Source of the DNA: Tortispora ganteri
Taxonomy: Eukaryota
NCBI GenBank assembly: GCA_003707115.1
Contig: PPNB01000002.1
Location: forward strand, 186,001 to 250,000
Length of the DNA stretch: 64,000 nt
Reading direction: 5' to 3'
Shown here: positions 43,011-53,681 of the stretch, piece by piece
Position numbering within the stretch: position 1 is the first letter of the stretch
How the letters are laid out: every line of letters begins with the position of its first letter
The notes under the pieces: generated by a model
Told to the model about the DNA's origin: nothing
What the model saw: the letters and a program-made list of their open reading frames with translations, nothing else
Databases searched by the model: none
Made by a program: the position numbers and the translations under genes

Positions 43011-45446
43011 TTACATAGTGGAAATAGCTTGAGGAGTCGTAGGAGTCTCGACAGCAACACAGCTATCATCAACAGGATCGTTCAGCGGTAATTCGATAAT
43101 GCGCTTGGTTTTCCTCTTGCTCGTTGATGAGGTAATAGTAGCAGCTGGAGAGACAGGAACAGCTGTAGAAATGCAGCTGTTATTCAGATTTAAGTTCTCA
43201 GCCTTATCCGTAACTGCAATTGACAATGACAAGTCCACATTACGGCGTTCGCTCAGGGACCGTTCATGCTCGTGGTCCTTGAGTTGCAGAAGAGCCGCTG
43301 CTGCAACCAAGTCTTTTGTATCGGGTGTAACAGGCGTTCCAAGCTCTTCTCCTCCATCTGTACTGCTGTCCGGATCAGTTGGCTTTCCAACTATCGAGGA
43401 AGGATCCTCGTTATCAGCAGGGTCATCAAGTCCGTATACAGGTGGTGGTGGACTATCCGGAGTAGTCACCACAACGCGTGGAACTAATTGTCGTAACTCT
43501 AATATGCCCGGTTTGGAATCATCTATCTTTATGTCTTCTTCAAATCCTTTAGCTTTTCGGAAGAAATTAAATATAGTGATCCTGTAGGGATTGCCAATTA
43601 TATTAGCAAATGGATTCCCTGAAACCCAAATCTCAGAAATGTTAGTGCAACTGCAAAGACGTTGCAATTCTGCAACGTCAGATATATTGTTGTCACGAAG
43701 GTCAACTCTTTCCAACCCCCGAAGTTTCTCAATTCCATAAAGCGTGGATATATTGTTTCCTCGCAGGTTTAAGACACTAAGGTGAGGAAGATCAAGTTCA
43801 TTCAAGTTAGAAATGTCAGTTATTTTATTCCGACTAATGTTCAGGGTTCGAAGCTCAGAAAGTACTGAAATTGATTTAACTGGAATGTTAAGAAATACAT
43901 TAGACGATAAGTCCAGCGAAGTTAACGTTTCACACACAGGATGAAACGATTCGTCAGTAATTGTAGCAAATCCGTTATCTGCCAGAGATAAGTGCTTTAA
44001 GTATCTCCATTTGCTCCTAAGGGGGGTCGAGTTTGATTGTTCAGGCTTCGCGATTTCAAAGTTAGGGGTAACAGAAGATAAAGCTCGACTACTGCCCGGT
44101 TGAGTTGCCGATGCAGATGATGATGCGGAAGAAGCAGAGTTGGACCTGTTTAATGTCGATGATCTGGAAGTTGAACTGGCAATTGTAGATGTGAGAGAGT
44201 TGGTGCGAGCAGGGCCATTTACCTTGCCATCAGTTGAAGATCGTGAATTGTGTCTCTGGACAGTGACACTGTTTAGATGATCACCATGATGTGTCGCTAT
44301 TAGTGGTTCGCGATAGCTTTGCCCAGTGGATTGCATAGTGTTGCTGTGATTATACTGGGGAGAAGCATCCCTTGCATTATAATTCCTGTACTCCCGATAG
44401 CCAAGAGATCCATGATGGCTATAATGAGAGTGCTGAAATTGCGGATGTAATCCATGACCGTGAGAATGCAGTGCAGAAGGTTGATGTAAACTGTGGTATG
44501 AAGAAGATGCACTGTGAACTTTTAAAGCTTCAGCGGTTGAATCACCAGGCGAACCTTCATAAAAAGTATCCGCATGGCCGTCTTGTCGCCGAGAAGCATA
44601 TATGGCCTGTGAGCAAGTTGTATTCAATGTACTTGATCTTGAACGTTTTCTGCTTTCAGTTGACTCACCGCAAACAGAGGTTACAAGAAGATCGGACGGA
44701 TCTTGTATATTAATCCTGCGGGCCACGAGGAATCTTAACTGATCGGCAAGAACGGCCCATCCATAGAAAGCCTGTATATCAAAATCCATAATTTCAAGAG
44801 CAGTAACGTTTTTAAACACTAGAAGAGGAACAGCAGTATCAAAGGGGTATTCTTCGTGGTCGCGTATTAGTCTAGCTCGCGAATCTGGCGCTATACGTAG
44901 ACATGGAAGCTTTGTGAAAGCGGAATATATGTACTTCAGATCGTGATTAACGGCAGTTTGAAATCTGTCCCGCTTCGCTTCTTGCGCAGCTGAAGAATTA
45001 AGTACGCGCGACCAGATTGATGAAACTCCAGATATGACTGATTTGACAGAGGAAACAGACCTGATAGACATGGTGTCGGATTGAACTTTGCGAGTAGGGT
45101 GTTGCAGAAAGGATATATAGTTCATATGCAAATCCTCATTATTAGAGCTTTCGGTGCGAATATTCATAGGACCTACGTAAAGGCGAATTTCTTCAAAGCG
45201 ATGCAAAAGGTAGAAAAGATGATGAGTTGTTAAGCTTAGGCGGGATGCCTTTATCGAAGAAGCAGAAGCAGATAAAAGAGGTTGTGGGACGTTCGCATTT
45301 GGCTTTGCGTTTGGAGCTGTATTGCTCTTACTGCTAACCACAGTTTTACGGTACATGTTTAGTGCATTTGCCAGCTGTCGTTCATGCGATCGTATAAATG
45401 CCGCAAGATTCCGAACATATAGATCACCATCACAAGAATCATTCAT
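43011..45446 (-). CDS. Conserved fungal leucine-rich-repeat protein of unknown function
   Basis: C-terminal LRRs (LKHLSLADN, LTSLDLSSN, LRTLNISRN, LSVLNLRGN, LERVDLRDN), an LRR cap (GNPF...YRITIFN.F), and an N-terminal domain with a Ser/His-rich linker. Confidence 0.85.
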   Translation of the reverse strand: MNDSCDGDLYVRNLAAFIRSHERQLANALNMYRKTVVSSKSNTAPNAKPNANVPQPLLSASASSIKASRLSLTTHHLFYLLHRFEEIRLYVGPMNIRTESSNNEDLHMNYISFLQHPTRKVQSDTMSIRSVSSVKSVISGVSSIWSRVLNSSAAQEAKRDRFQTAVNHDLKYIYSAFTKLPCLRIAPDSRARLIRDHEEYPFDTAVPLLVFKNVTALEIMDFDIQAFYGWAVLADQLRFLVARRINIQDPSDLLVTSVCGESTESRKRSRSSTLNTTCSQAIYASRRQDGHADTFYEGSPGDSTAEALKVHSASSSYHSLHQPSALHSHGHGLHPQFQHSHYSHHGSLGYREYRNYNARDASPQYNHSNTMQSTGQSYREPLIATHHGDHLNSVTVQRHNSRSSTDGKVNGPARTNSLTSTIASSTSRSSTLNRSNSASSASSSASATQPGSSRALSSVTPNFEIAKPEQSNSTPLRSKWRYLKHLSLADNGFATITDESFHPVCETLTSLDLSSNVFLNIPVKSISVLSELRTLNISRNKITDISNLNELDLPHLSVLNLRGNNISTLYGIEKLRGLERVDLRDNNISDVAELQRLCSCTNISEIWVSGNPFANIIGNPYRITIFNFFRKAKGFEEDIKIDDSKPGILELRQLVPRVVVTTPDSPPPPVYGLDDPADNEDPSSIVGKPTDPDSSTDGGEELGTPVTPDTKDLVAAAALLQLKDHEHERSLSERRNVDLSLSIAVTDKAENLNLNNSCISTAVPVSPAATITSSTSKRKTKRIIELPLNDPVDDSCVAVETPTTPQAISTM

Positions 45447-46638
45447 GTTTGCTTGATCTTTGTCAATCCGTTAAACAACTTGCAGAAGTGATTAGCTTGA
45501 AAATTCAATATATGTGAAGAAAAGAGGGTAACTAGATATGACAGTTACTGCACCTGTGTGTGATTGGTGCAGATGCGGTGAATTTGATATTGAGGAAAAT
45601 GGAGACCAGCGAAAAGCGAATCGTGCGAGTAAACAAGAGAAGGGGAAAAGACCTAAATTACAGTATGAAATCGACCAAAAATAAAAATATAAAAAATATT
45701 TTGGCCTTTTTTAAAGTGTCCAGAGAAGATTTAGAGGACTTTAAGAATGTGGAATATCAGTTGTGGTAGTGTGAAGTACGTCTTTCTTTTGTTATGATCC
45801 AATGTGAAACAGTCAAGGTGTAAACAAAAATTGCAGGGCAAACCCAACTTCGTAAAAGTAGATCGAAACGACCAAAAAGTGGCAGTTCGTAGGAGCAACA
45901 GGTGATGCAAATATTGGAAAAAAAATTATTTCAATACTCCCTTGCTTATCCTTACGGCTAAGCTATGTGTAAATTGAATTTGAGGTACTTGTTGCAAGGT
46001 AAAAAGAGGGTCATGCCGTGGAATGAAATTACTCATAATATTCTACTTTTAGTTGAATAGTATATTTAAAACTTTAATTTTCAAGGATTCAAGAATTTAT
46101 CCAATAATACTGCTTTAAACCTTTTTTGAGTTAGAGATTTGGGGTTTAAACTCCCAATTATGGACATTTACCTTGCAGATTGCACCATTGCGCCTGTTGG
46201 TTTATATCGGCTCTGAAGGCTTTGGAAGAGCAGTGAATGTGACAGAAAATCTAGCAGATACTAATGAGCTAATTAAATCAATATATTCAATCAATAAATA
46301 ATACTATACATAGTTATAAAATGGCCATATACTTGCTAAAGCTGTAGGAACTAGCAAGTTTTCCCCGATATTAGTGGAAAGCATATGAGGTACTAAACCT
46401 TAATCTCAATATAAACTCACATAGAGTTTATTCATACTCTGCATTGGTACATCCGGCATTAATTCAATTGCTGTATTTAAGCATATAGCGGCCTCGATAT
46501 ACTGAAAGATATCGATAACCATATCAGTTTTTTATAAAAAGCTTCTCTAGATCAGTCGTTCTGTGCAGTCCTCACGTGGAAACTCAGTGACGCGGCTTGC
46601 GTAAAAGTAGAGCGGCGAACGTTATTACTTTGCATACA

Positions 46639-48366
46639 TCAAAGTATGGAGAACTCCACTCCAAGTAGTTCTAGTGAGAGAAATTTAGCATCTATACGCT
46701 TTCCTTCCAGCTTTTGGCGTTTAACGAGTTCCTCTAGTAGATCAGCCGCTCTGGACGCGTTCATGCTGTATGTGAATTCATTACTGAACACGTACTGATC
46801 TGATGATAATGTGACATTTGTTGCACGGCGAAATTCATTAATAACCCAATCAGTTTTCTGAGTATCAGGTTCTTCGCAGCCATACATAAACATTGGCCAG
46901 AGGAACTCAGGGTTTACAGGTTTTGACGGCACGTATTCCGGAACCCATTCGCTCTCCATGATCTCGTAATATTTCAGCAGGTTATCCCAGATTTGTTTGT
47001 GAGCTTTTAGGGCTACCCCAGACATTGGCAAATCCCACCAAGTCACACGATGTAAGTATATGTAATTGGCCCAGAAATTGCATAGAATTATCTTGCTCTT
47101 GTTGTATAAAGAGCGAGCCAGCGTCGGTTCTATTAACGATGACAGTTCTTTCATTGTTGTGTCAAACAAAGGCGATCTTTGTTGCCAAAGTTTATCCATA
47201 TCTCTCATTATATTCTCTGCTTCTAATTGAACGGCTTCTTCGTATATACCCACTCCTCGCTGAATGTGGTGTCTATCCATTGTAGCAATTCTCCTAACAA
47301 ACCCTTGAGATCCGACATGAAAATCGGCAATAGGCTTATATAAAGACTCAAAGAGATATCCTTTCAATTCTTCAACTCTATGAAGGTTAGACTCCAATAA
47401 ATTTGACTCATTGTTGCTCCATTCTGAAGGGTTAAACACCATCCTGTCATCGTCTACTATTGCTAGCATTGCAGAAGAAGAAGCACCAAGCACGCCTTTG
47501 CCTCCAAGATGTACAGCTTTAGCATCCAGTAGTAGCAACCAAGACATTAATCTTTTAGAAACTTTGCTCCATTTTATGCCCTGTTTCAGTAGTAATGAGT
47601 TCATGTTTTTCTCCGTGAACGCTGGAAGCTGATCTCGACATATCAGTTCGAAGCAACCGAGCAGAAAAGATGCCGCTAGCATATATTCACTCATTTTATC
47701 ATCTCTTTCAAATGCAGAGAAGAGTTCTATGTCATTTTTAGCAGACAGGTATAACTCAAACGCTATCATGTGATTACCTTGAAAGTTCTTAATGGACTTT
47801 TCATCGGAATTCCAGAGCGATAGCGAATAAACCTCAGATAAGGCGCATACAGCTTTTGCTATCAGTGGCTGAGACTGTGAAAGGTTAAGAAACGTGTTTT
47901 TGAGTCTGTTCCATGCCCGCAGGTCAAGCGCGGATATAATAGGCGGATGAACATGCAAACGAAAGTACTCTTCCAGGAACTGGCGCTTTTGTGTGAGCAC
48001 CAGACCAATTTCAGCATCTGGCTGTAATAAAGGGTCAAGTTCTCCTAACACTAAATATTCTTCGACCTTAAATTTCGGCTGCAAGTTCGTGGTAGTTTCA
48101 GTTGAGTTGTTAAGGGATAATGAAAGAATCTGATCTGAATCGACTTTCGCGCCCTTGTTTGTAGATGAACCATAAACACATGTTCTACCTAGTCGACTGC
48201 AATTCCAGCAATGAGGTTTAACTAGATCGCATTTTACTTTCCTCTTTTTACATGTTATGCAGCCTAGTTTGGTCCTTGGCACAGAACGACCCAACCGCTT
48301 TCTGATCAGTTCATACTCTGTAAGCTTCGAGATAACTTCTGTAGATGGTTTAGGCCTAGTGTTCAT
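46639..48366 (-). CDS. Zn(II)2Cys6 transcription factor with fungal-specific C-terminal domain
   Basis: GCITCKKRKVKCDLVKPHCWNCSRLGRTC and a C-terminal LWPMFMYGCE motif. First ATG at 48366. Confidence 0.9.
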   Translation of the reverse strand: MNTRPKPSTEVISKLTEYELIRKRLGRSVPRTKLGCITCKKRKVKCDLVKPHCWNCSRLGRTCVYGSSTNKGAKVDSDQILSLSLNNSTETTTNLQPKFKVEEYLVLGELDPLLQPDAEIGLVLTQKRQFLEEYFRLHVHPPIISALDLRAWNRLKNTFLNLSQSQPLIAKAVCALSEVYSLSLWNSDEKSIKNFQGNHMIAFELYLSAKNDIELFSAFERDDKMSEYMLAASFLLGCFELICRDQLPAFTEKNMNSLLLKQGIKWSKVSKRLMSWLLLLDAKAVHLGGKGVLGASSSAMLAIVDDDRMVFNPSEWSNNESNLLESNLHRVEELKGYLFESLYKPIADFHVGSQGFVRRIATMDRHHIQRGVGIYEEAVQLEAENIMRDMDKLWQQRSPLFDTTMKELSSLIEPTLARSLYNKSKIILCNFWANYIYLHRVTWWDLPMSGVALKAHKQIWDNLLKYYEIMESEWVPEYVPSKPVNPEFLWPMFMYGCEEPDTQKTDWVINEFRRATNVTLSSDQYVFSNEFTYSMNASRAADLLEELVKRQKLEGKRIDAKFLSLELLGVEFSIL

Positions 48367-48561
48367 ATTTATTTGATCATGGAATCCATATACTAATTTT
48401 TTTTCAATAAGAAAAGAGGCACAAATAAGCGGCAGGTTTCCGTCAAAAATCCACAAATATAAGTGTAAGAGAAAGGAGTTTTTTTGACCTTGTCTCTAAC
48501 CTACCCTTTTAGGAAACTCCACCAAAAACTCTCCTAACTTCTTCGTTGAATATTGGAGATC

Positions 48562-49848
48562 ATGTTAAGACCTCTATTCCTACGCCGCTCTATACAATGT
48601 TTGGCTAATAAGCCAGTATACATGACATCAAATGTTTATTCTTTACGAGCTAGTCAGCTTTGCGCGCACTATTCGACACCACCAGGATCGCACCTCTCTA
48701 AACCTGAATCAAAAAACATCGAGACTTCAGATGTAAAAACTGATCTTGAAATGCCCCAAACTTACAATACTAACGTCCTCGGTAACGTCTACACTCCTCA
48801 GGGATCGAAAATTATACCTCCAGAAAAGTTTGAAGATAACTCAAGAGTACTGCCCAAATTTCCTTTAAGTAAAGAATCAAAAACTACAATGACCCCAGAC
48901 AGTTATCCTTCTCCACGAGTAGGTCCTAACATGACATTTGCCAAACTTATAGTGACTCTATTCAAATCTCCACCAAATGAACCCGTTTTGATTTACAAAT
49001 CAGAACCTCACAGGTTGTATTTTGTCATCCTATGGGGCATCGCCATCACCGTCACTATTTATGCCCTGAACATGACCGAAATGATCGAGGAAAGTGCATG
49101 GGCTATATACCAAAAGAACGAAAATGATTTGCCATTTATGCATAATCTTATGCAGTTTGTGTTGAGAACGGGCCTCAATCTTGGTGTGCTCGGTATTGCC
49201 GCAGGTTTCGTCTATGCGCTGATGCGAGCTCGATCTCGGCTCGTGCGTTCAATGCATTTCGTGTCTCGCGGATCTGAAGATGAACCGATAATACGTATAA
49301 CAACAAATTCGAGGCTTCCTTTCAACACCAAAAACCAACCCATTCCCGTTTACGACATCCCGCTTAGTGACCTTACATTTAGCAAGAACGCCGTCGCTTG
49401 GACCGGCAACGGTTTCTACGGAACTGCAGATAAATCTTCTTTCCTCATGATAATTCATCAGAAAGGTGTGCGGTTTCCATTTATTGTTGATCGAGCTGGC
49501 TGGTTCTGGGGTGATGGCCGCGTGTGGGATGTCATATTTGGCAAGAAAGCAGTTAATGAGGCAGAGAAGGGTATCACATATCAAAAAATGTGGGAAATAG
49601 CGCGTCAAGAACGCGAAAAGAACATCGAGAAGAAAAAGCTCGAAGAAGGAAACAATTGGAAGTCGAAAGAGTTCCTCAAACTGGTGAAAAATGACTTCGA
49701 AAGCGCTAAAAATTTCCTGCTTCCTAAAAAATCCGTACCAGACACTACAAAGGACGTTAACAACGACAAAAGTGTTAAATCTACAAAAAACAGAACCGGA
49801 CCTCGTCTATCAGAAATTGCTCGCAAAAACAAAGACTCTCAAAAATGA
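48562..49848 (+). CDS. MRX15: Mitochondrial inner-membrane ribosome receptor Mrx15 (TMEM223-like)
   Basis: Arg/Ser-rich presequence and two TM helices. SRLV..M, WTGNG..G..DKSSF and R.G....DGRV.D..F resemble yeast Mrx15 as I recall it. First ATG at 48562. Confidence 0.65.
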   Translation: MLRPLFLRRSIQCLANKPVYMTSNVYSLRASQLCAHYSTPPGSHLSKPESKNIETSDVKTDLEMPQTYNTNVLGNVYTPQGSKIIPPEKFEDNSRVLPKFPLSKESKTTMTPDSYPSPRVGPNMTFAKLIVTLFKSPPNEPVLIYKSEPHRLYFVILWGIAITVTIYALNMTEMIEESAWAIYQKNENDLPFMHNLMQFVLRTGLNLGVLGIAAGFVYALMRARSRLVRSMHFVSRGSEDEPIIRITTNSRLPFNTKNQPIPVYDIPLSDLTFSKNAVAWTGNGFYGTADKSSFLMIIHQKGVRFPFIVDRAGWFWGDGRVWDVIFGKKAVNEAEKGITYQKMWEIARQEREKNIEKKKLEEGNNWKSKEFLKLVKNDFESAKNFLLPKKSVPDTTKDVNNDKSVKSTKNRTGPRLSEIARKNKDSQK

Positions 49849-50028
49849 ACGGCTTGCTTGTCAAGTATATAAAAATTGCAATATACTCGGAAACTAACTA
49901 CTACTAAAGTAGTGCCAGATAAATTGCTTTATTACTAAGCCATTCTGTATGTATATATTAACGCTATTCTTTTTTTTTTCTCATTCTTTGTATATGCCTT
50001 CAAGAATAACTTTAAGTTGAGAAGCTCA

Positions 50029-51273
50029 TTAGATGACCAATTCGGCACTGCCTTCATGTAAGTAATACTCCAGGTATTCAAAATAGCGAACGGCGTCTGC
50101 TTCAGAGGACGGATACTTGGAATTAAGCGTAGCTTTGACTACCAACTCCTCGGGAACGCTAGCAGAAGCTCTGCTTGCGGCAGGCTTAGACGCTAGTATG
50201 TCATATATGTCAGCCGCACCTACTGACACGCTTGGACTGCGAGAAGGCTTGTTAGCCGGGATGTTGATATCGATTTTGAAAGTGACAACTCCTACTGATG
50301 GTTTTAAAATATCGTCAAAAAGTTCGTCGGCATGGTTCATGTAGACTTTCGAGGGTTTGTGGTACACGTCGTGGAGTGCATGTTCAGACGCTTTTTCTAT
50401 AAGAGCAGAGACAGAAACCGGAGCTGATAAGCTTTCCTGGTACTTGTTTGAAAGTTTTAACATTGATTCCAATGTAAAAGAGTGCGTTAGAACTTTAGGA
50501 GCTGGCGGCGCTGGTTTCTGCGACTTAGCAGGAGCGGATTGCTGTGCTTTGGAAGTAGATGCTGAAGATTCCGCAGCACTTGCTGCCGGTGCAGCCACTT
50601 TAATGTTTGACAAGTCAAGATGACTCAGAGAATCAATACTTTCACGCAATTTGTCTGGGTAATCAGCTGGTATTTTGCCCGCGTATGCTAATACATCGCC
50701 TTTAAGCAGTCTGCCGTGGGGACCTGAAGCGGGAATCTTGCCCAATGCTTCTTCGGGAGAGATATTCATCTCTGCTAGTAACCCAAGAACTGAAGGAAGT
50801 AATGTCTGTTTTGTGTCTGCTTTAGTTCCTTGTATCTGGACACCTTTTGCGGGAGAGGAGGGTGCTTTGTCGGGTTCCTGCTCTGGAGCTGTCTCAACAG
50901 GTTTGGGACCGGCATCTGCGGAGTCGGGGAACTCTGCTTTGCTAAGATCATCACCAACATCGGCAATATATGCAATTGTTGCGCCTACTGGAATATCTTT
51001 AGCTCCATCTTGTTTAATGATTTTTGCTAAGACGCCATCGTCGGCGGCATCGACATCGATTTGCGCTTTGTCGGTTTCGATCTCTAGCAGAACGTCACCT
51101 GACGCAAACTCAGCACCTTCTTTGACTTTCCATTTAGTAATTCCACCCCGCTCCATAGTTGGAGACATTGCGGGCATAGCGAAAGGAGTGATCGCAGCCC
51201 GGGCCGCAGAATAGCTAAAGTTTCTGAGAGACCGACCAGCTGCCGAGTAATACAGTCTGCTTAACTGCGACAT
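50029..51273 (-). CDS. PDX1: Pyruvate dehydrogenase complex protein X (E3-binding protein)
   Basis: Presequence, lipoyl domain (MPAMSPTM..G...ETDKA) and E3-binding domain (IPASGP.GRLLKGDVL). No acyltransferase catalytic domain. Confidence 0.92.
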   Translation of the reverse strand: MSQLSRLYYSAAGRSLRNFSYSAARAAITPFAMPAMSPTMERGGITKWKVKEGAEFASGDVLLEIETDKAQIDVDAADDGVLAKIIKQDGAKDIPVGATIAYIADVGDDLSKAEFPDSADAGPKPVETAPEQEPDKAPSSPAKGVQIQGTKADTKQTLLPSVLGLLAEMNISPEEALGKIPASGPHGRLLKGDVLAYAGKIPADYPDKLRESIDSLSHLDLSNIKVAAPAASAAESSASTSKAQQSAPAKSQKPAPPAPKVLTHSFTLESMLKLSNKYQESLSAPVSVSALIEKASEHALHDVYHKPSKVYMNHADELFDDILKPSVGVVTFKIDINIPANKPSRSPSVSVGAADIYDILASKPAASRASASVPEELVVKATLNSKYPSSEADAVRYFEYLEYYLHEGSAELVI

Positions 51274-51741
51274 GTTTACTCAATTGGTAAAATAATCAAT
51301 TTTATTATATTTATTATAGCAAATATCGCTTGTAACTTCGATTTTCCTTACTTTAGCTGGTCCGGAAAAGTGCGTAGATTCAAATAATGGGCACGTTCAG
51401 TTCAACGAGGTAAAAAGGTGGGATGAAGGTGTGTGGTCCAAGGAAAAATAAAAACCTTATTAAGTATATCAAGTGGTATGATTGGTTCATTTCCCGATAA
51501 AAAGAATACGTGCATTTAATTGATTTTTATCGCGAGATTCGTGGTAGAAGGTGTATAGTCAGAATAACACTAGTTTGACTAATTTTATTGTTGCTCTAAC
51601 ACTATGCAAAGCAGTGACACGCATCAAAAACTATAGACAGTCATAGTTAATCTATATATTCGTAGTCCTTCAACTCAAACGTTATGTCAAATTCGTAGAC
51701 ATTTTGGCATAGTAGTCTGTAAATTTTAGTGTCATTTGTCA

Positions 51742-53346
51742 TCAATACAAAGGAGACAACTCTTCAGGCTCATTACAGGCCTTCCATACTAAATATCGGC
51801 ATAGTTTAGTCGCAAGCCCGCCCTCTCCAACGTCTTTCTCTGCTAGCTCGTTTAGATAAACCATAAGATCAAAAATTGCAAGGATTGAATCTTCAGAGAC
51901 GTCAAGAGCGAAGTTTCTGGGTTCATTTATCGGCTGTTTAGAAAGATATCTTCGAGAAAGCAGGCTAGGCTGCTCATTCGTTTCATCTGATTTAGGACGG
52001 CTGAAATGGGGCTGATCTTGCTCTGCTCCAAAATATTCTTCGCACCCTGACCCGGATGAGGTAGGAATACTCCAAGTAGTAGCACTAGTTGGAATACAGT
52101 TGGCTGTATGTTCTGGTTGTTTTTGCATTAAGGCATCATCATGTCCACAAAGTCTTTCACTCGGGTAATGAAATATCCCGGTAGGTGGCTGCATGACAGT
52201 AAATGTAGACGGGTTACTCATTGTCTCTAGTAGTTCTGGCTGTTTTGCATAAACGTATTCCTTGCCAGCAGCAATGTCTGCGTAAGAATTCATAGGGAAA
52301 TCGGGGGCTCTACGGTCTGTGTAAGACCAGGTGCCTCTTTCAGCTTCTCTTGGTATATGGTGAGGTCTAGAGATAATTCTCGTTGCTTGAATCTCGTCAC
52401 TGTTGGTAGTTCTCTCATAGCTCTGGCTAACACTATGATGGTTTGAAGATTCACCTAACATGTCTGCCAAGTATGATTTAGGAAGGTCGTCCAACAAGTT
52501 GGCGAATGATTCAACATCACGCATGGGTGAGTTTAAAACACGTACACTTTCTTCAGTCAGCTCCTTAGGGTTTGTAGAAACAGAAGGAGATTCGCTGACT
52601 GTGTGGAGTATATCCCTCTCAGTTAGCAGACTGCTATACAAAATTACTGCTAAATTCTGTAGTGATTCAAAGTCATGGCTGTTGAACTGATGAAAAGAAA
52701 TGACTCTGGTGAACAACTCAGAAAAGTCTTTCAAGGCAAAGAACTGCATTTGATACTGAAATGCCAAAGATTGAGGGGTTCTTTCGGTATCTGAGAATGT
52801 ATGTTGCGAGCTGTAGGCCAATAGCAAATATACTAGTGCTTCATTAGCACCAGAAAGACAACAACTTATCACTGAAGCCGCCCAGTCCGCCTTGAAAGCC
52901 TCTTCGTTATCAATAGTGCAAGCAATGAAAGAGTTCGGACGATATGGTGTGCATTCGTCGGGAAGAATGTCATTGGAATAGAGAAACGTCAGTGGATGTT
53001 CAATGAAAAACTGGATCCTTAGGATATACTTGGACATTGTCTCGACTATAGCTTTGCGAGACATTCTTTGCTCGAGCTCCTCAGGAGGCAACTGTAAATA
53101 ATCACAGGGCTGGTCGTACTTTTTGCAGTTCTTGCATTCAGGATAATCTTCAGAGCATTTTATGCGACGTTTTTTGCATCTTTCGCAGCCTTTGCGAGAT
53201 TTTCTATGAGTTTTTCTAATATTCCTGGTTGATAGAGTCGGTGATTTCTTGTGTTTATGGATATCCAGTGTCTGCTGCTGTCTCGACGAGCTTCTGTGCC
53301 TAGTACCGCTAGCATTAAGCGGTGCCGGGTGTGAGCCTCTGTGCAT
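51742..53346 (-). CDS. Zn(II)2Cys6 transcription factor (Upc2-like DNA-binding domain)
   Basis: RK.H.KSRKGCERCKKRRIKCSEDYPECKNCKKYDQPCDY. First ATG at 53346. The C-terminal region is divergent. Confidence 0.82.
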   Translation of the reverse strand: MHRGSHPAPLNASGTRHRSSSRQQQTLDIHKHKKSPTLSTRNIRKTHRKSRKGCERCKKRRIKCSEDYPECKNCKKYDQPCDYLQLPPEELEQRMSRKAIVETMSKYILRIQFFIEHPLTFLYSNDILPDECTPYRPNSFIACTIDNEEAFKADWAASVISCCLSGANEALVYLLLAYSSQHTFSDTERTPQSLAFQYQMQFFALKDFSELFTRVISFHQFNSHDFESLQNLAVILYSSLLTERDILHTVSESPSVSTNPKELTEESVRVLNSPMRDVESFANLLDDLPKSYLADMLGESSNHHSVSQSYERTTNSDEIQATRIISRPHHIPREAERGTWSYTDRRAPDFPMNSYADIAAGKEYVYAKQPELLETMSNPSTFTVMQPPTGIFHYPSERLCGHDDALMQKQPEHTANCIPTSATTWSIPTSSGSGCEEYFGAEQDQPHFSRPKSDETNEQPSLLSRRYLSKQPINEPRNFALDVSEDSILAIFDLMVYLNELAEKDVGEGGLATKLCRYLVWKACNEPEELSPLY

Positions 53347-53681
53347 GAAAATGTGTAAGGGAATGCAACAGAACCGAACCAAAAGGCCGGATGTCGGTCG
53401 TCTAATATAATGGCCAGTAAGCTTTCTAATGTTCCGATAGTTATTACCTGGAATGTGTATGTGATGCCAAAGACCCTTTGTAAGTGAGTGACACAAACAT
53501 CTAGGCAGATTATACGATTAGGTAGGGTCCGCGAGCATGTATGAGCTTGAAGTTAATCAGGGGTCCTAAAAGGAATAATATCCAGAATGAGCAGACTTCT
53601 AGAAACATTTAACCAAATTAAGTACTTTTAGAGTTCAGATATTCTGCCAAATAAGTACAATCAGGCTTTTTGGTTATTTAT

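Noticed and set aside
45447..46638. Long AT-rich intergenic region considered as a centromere, origin or LTR
   Set aside because: No CDEIII-like element, no TG...CA LTR with a target-site duplication and no repeats seen. The lone TCACGTG near 46572 is insufficient.
50117..51214. Run of antisense ORFs over PDX1, and similar ones over MSH2, PSE1 and POL2
   Set aside because: Shadow ORFs caused by codon bias on the coding strand; mostly non-ATG starts.
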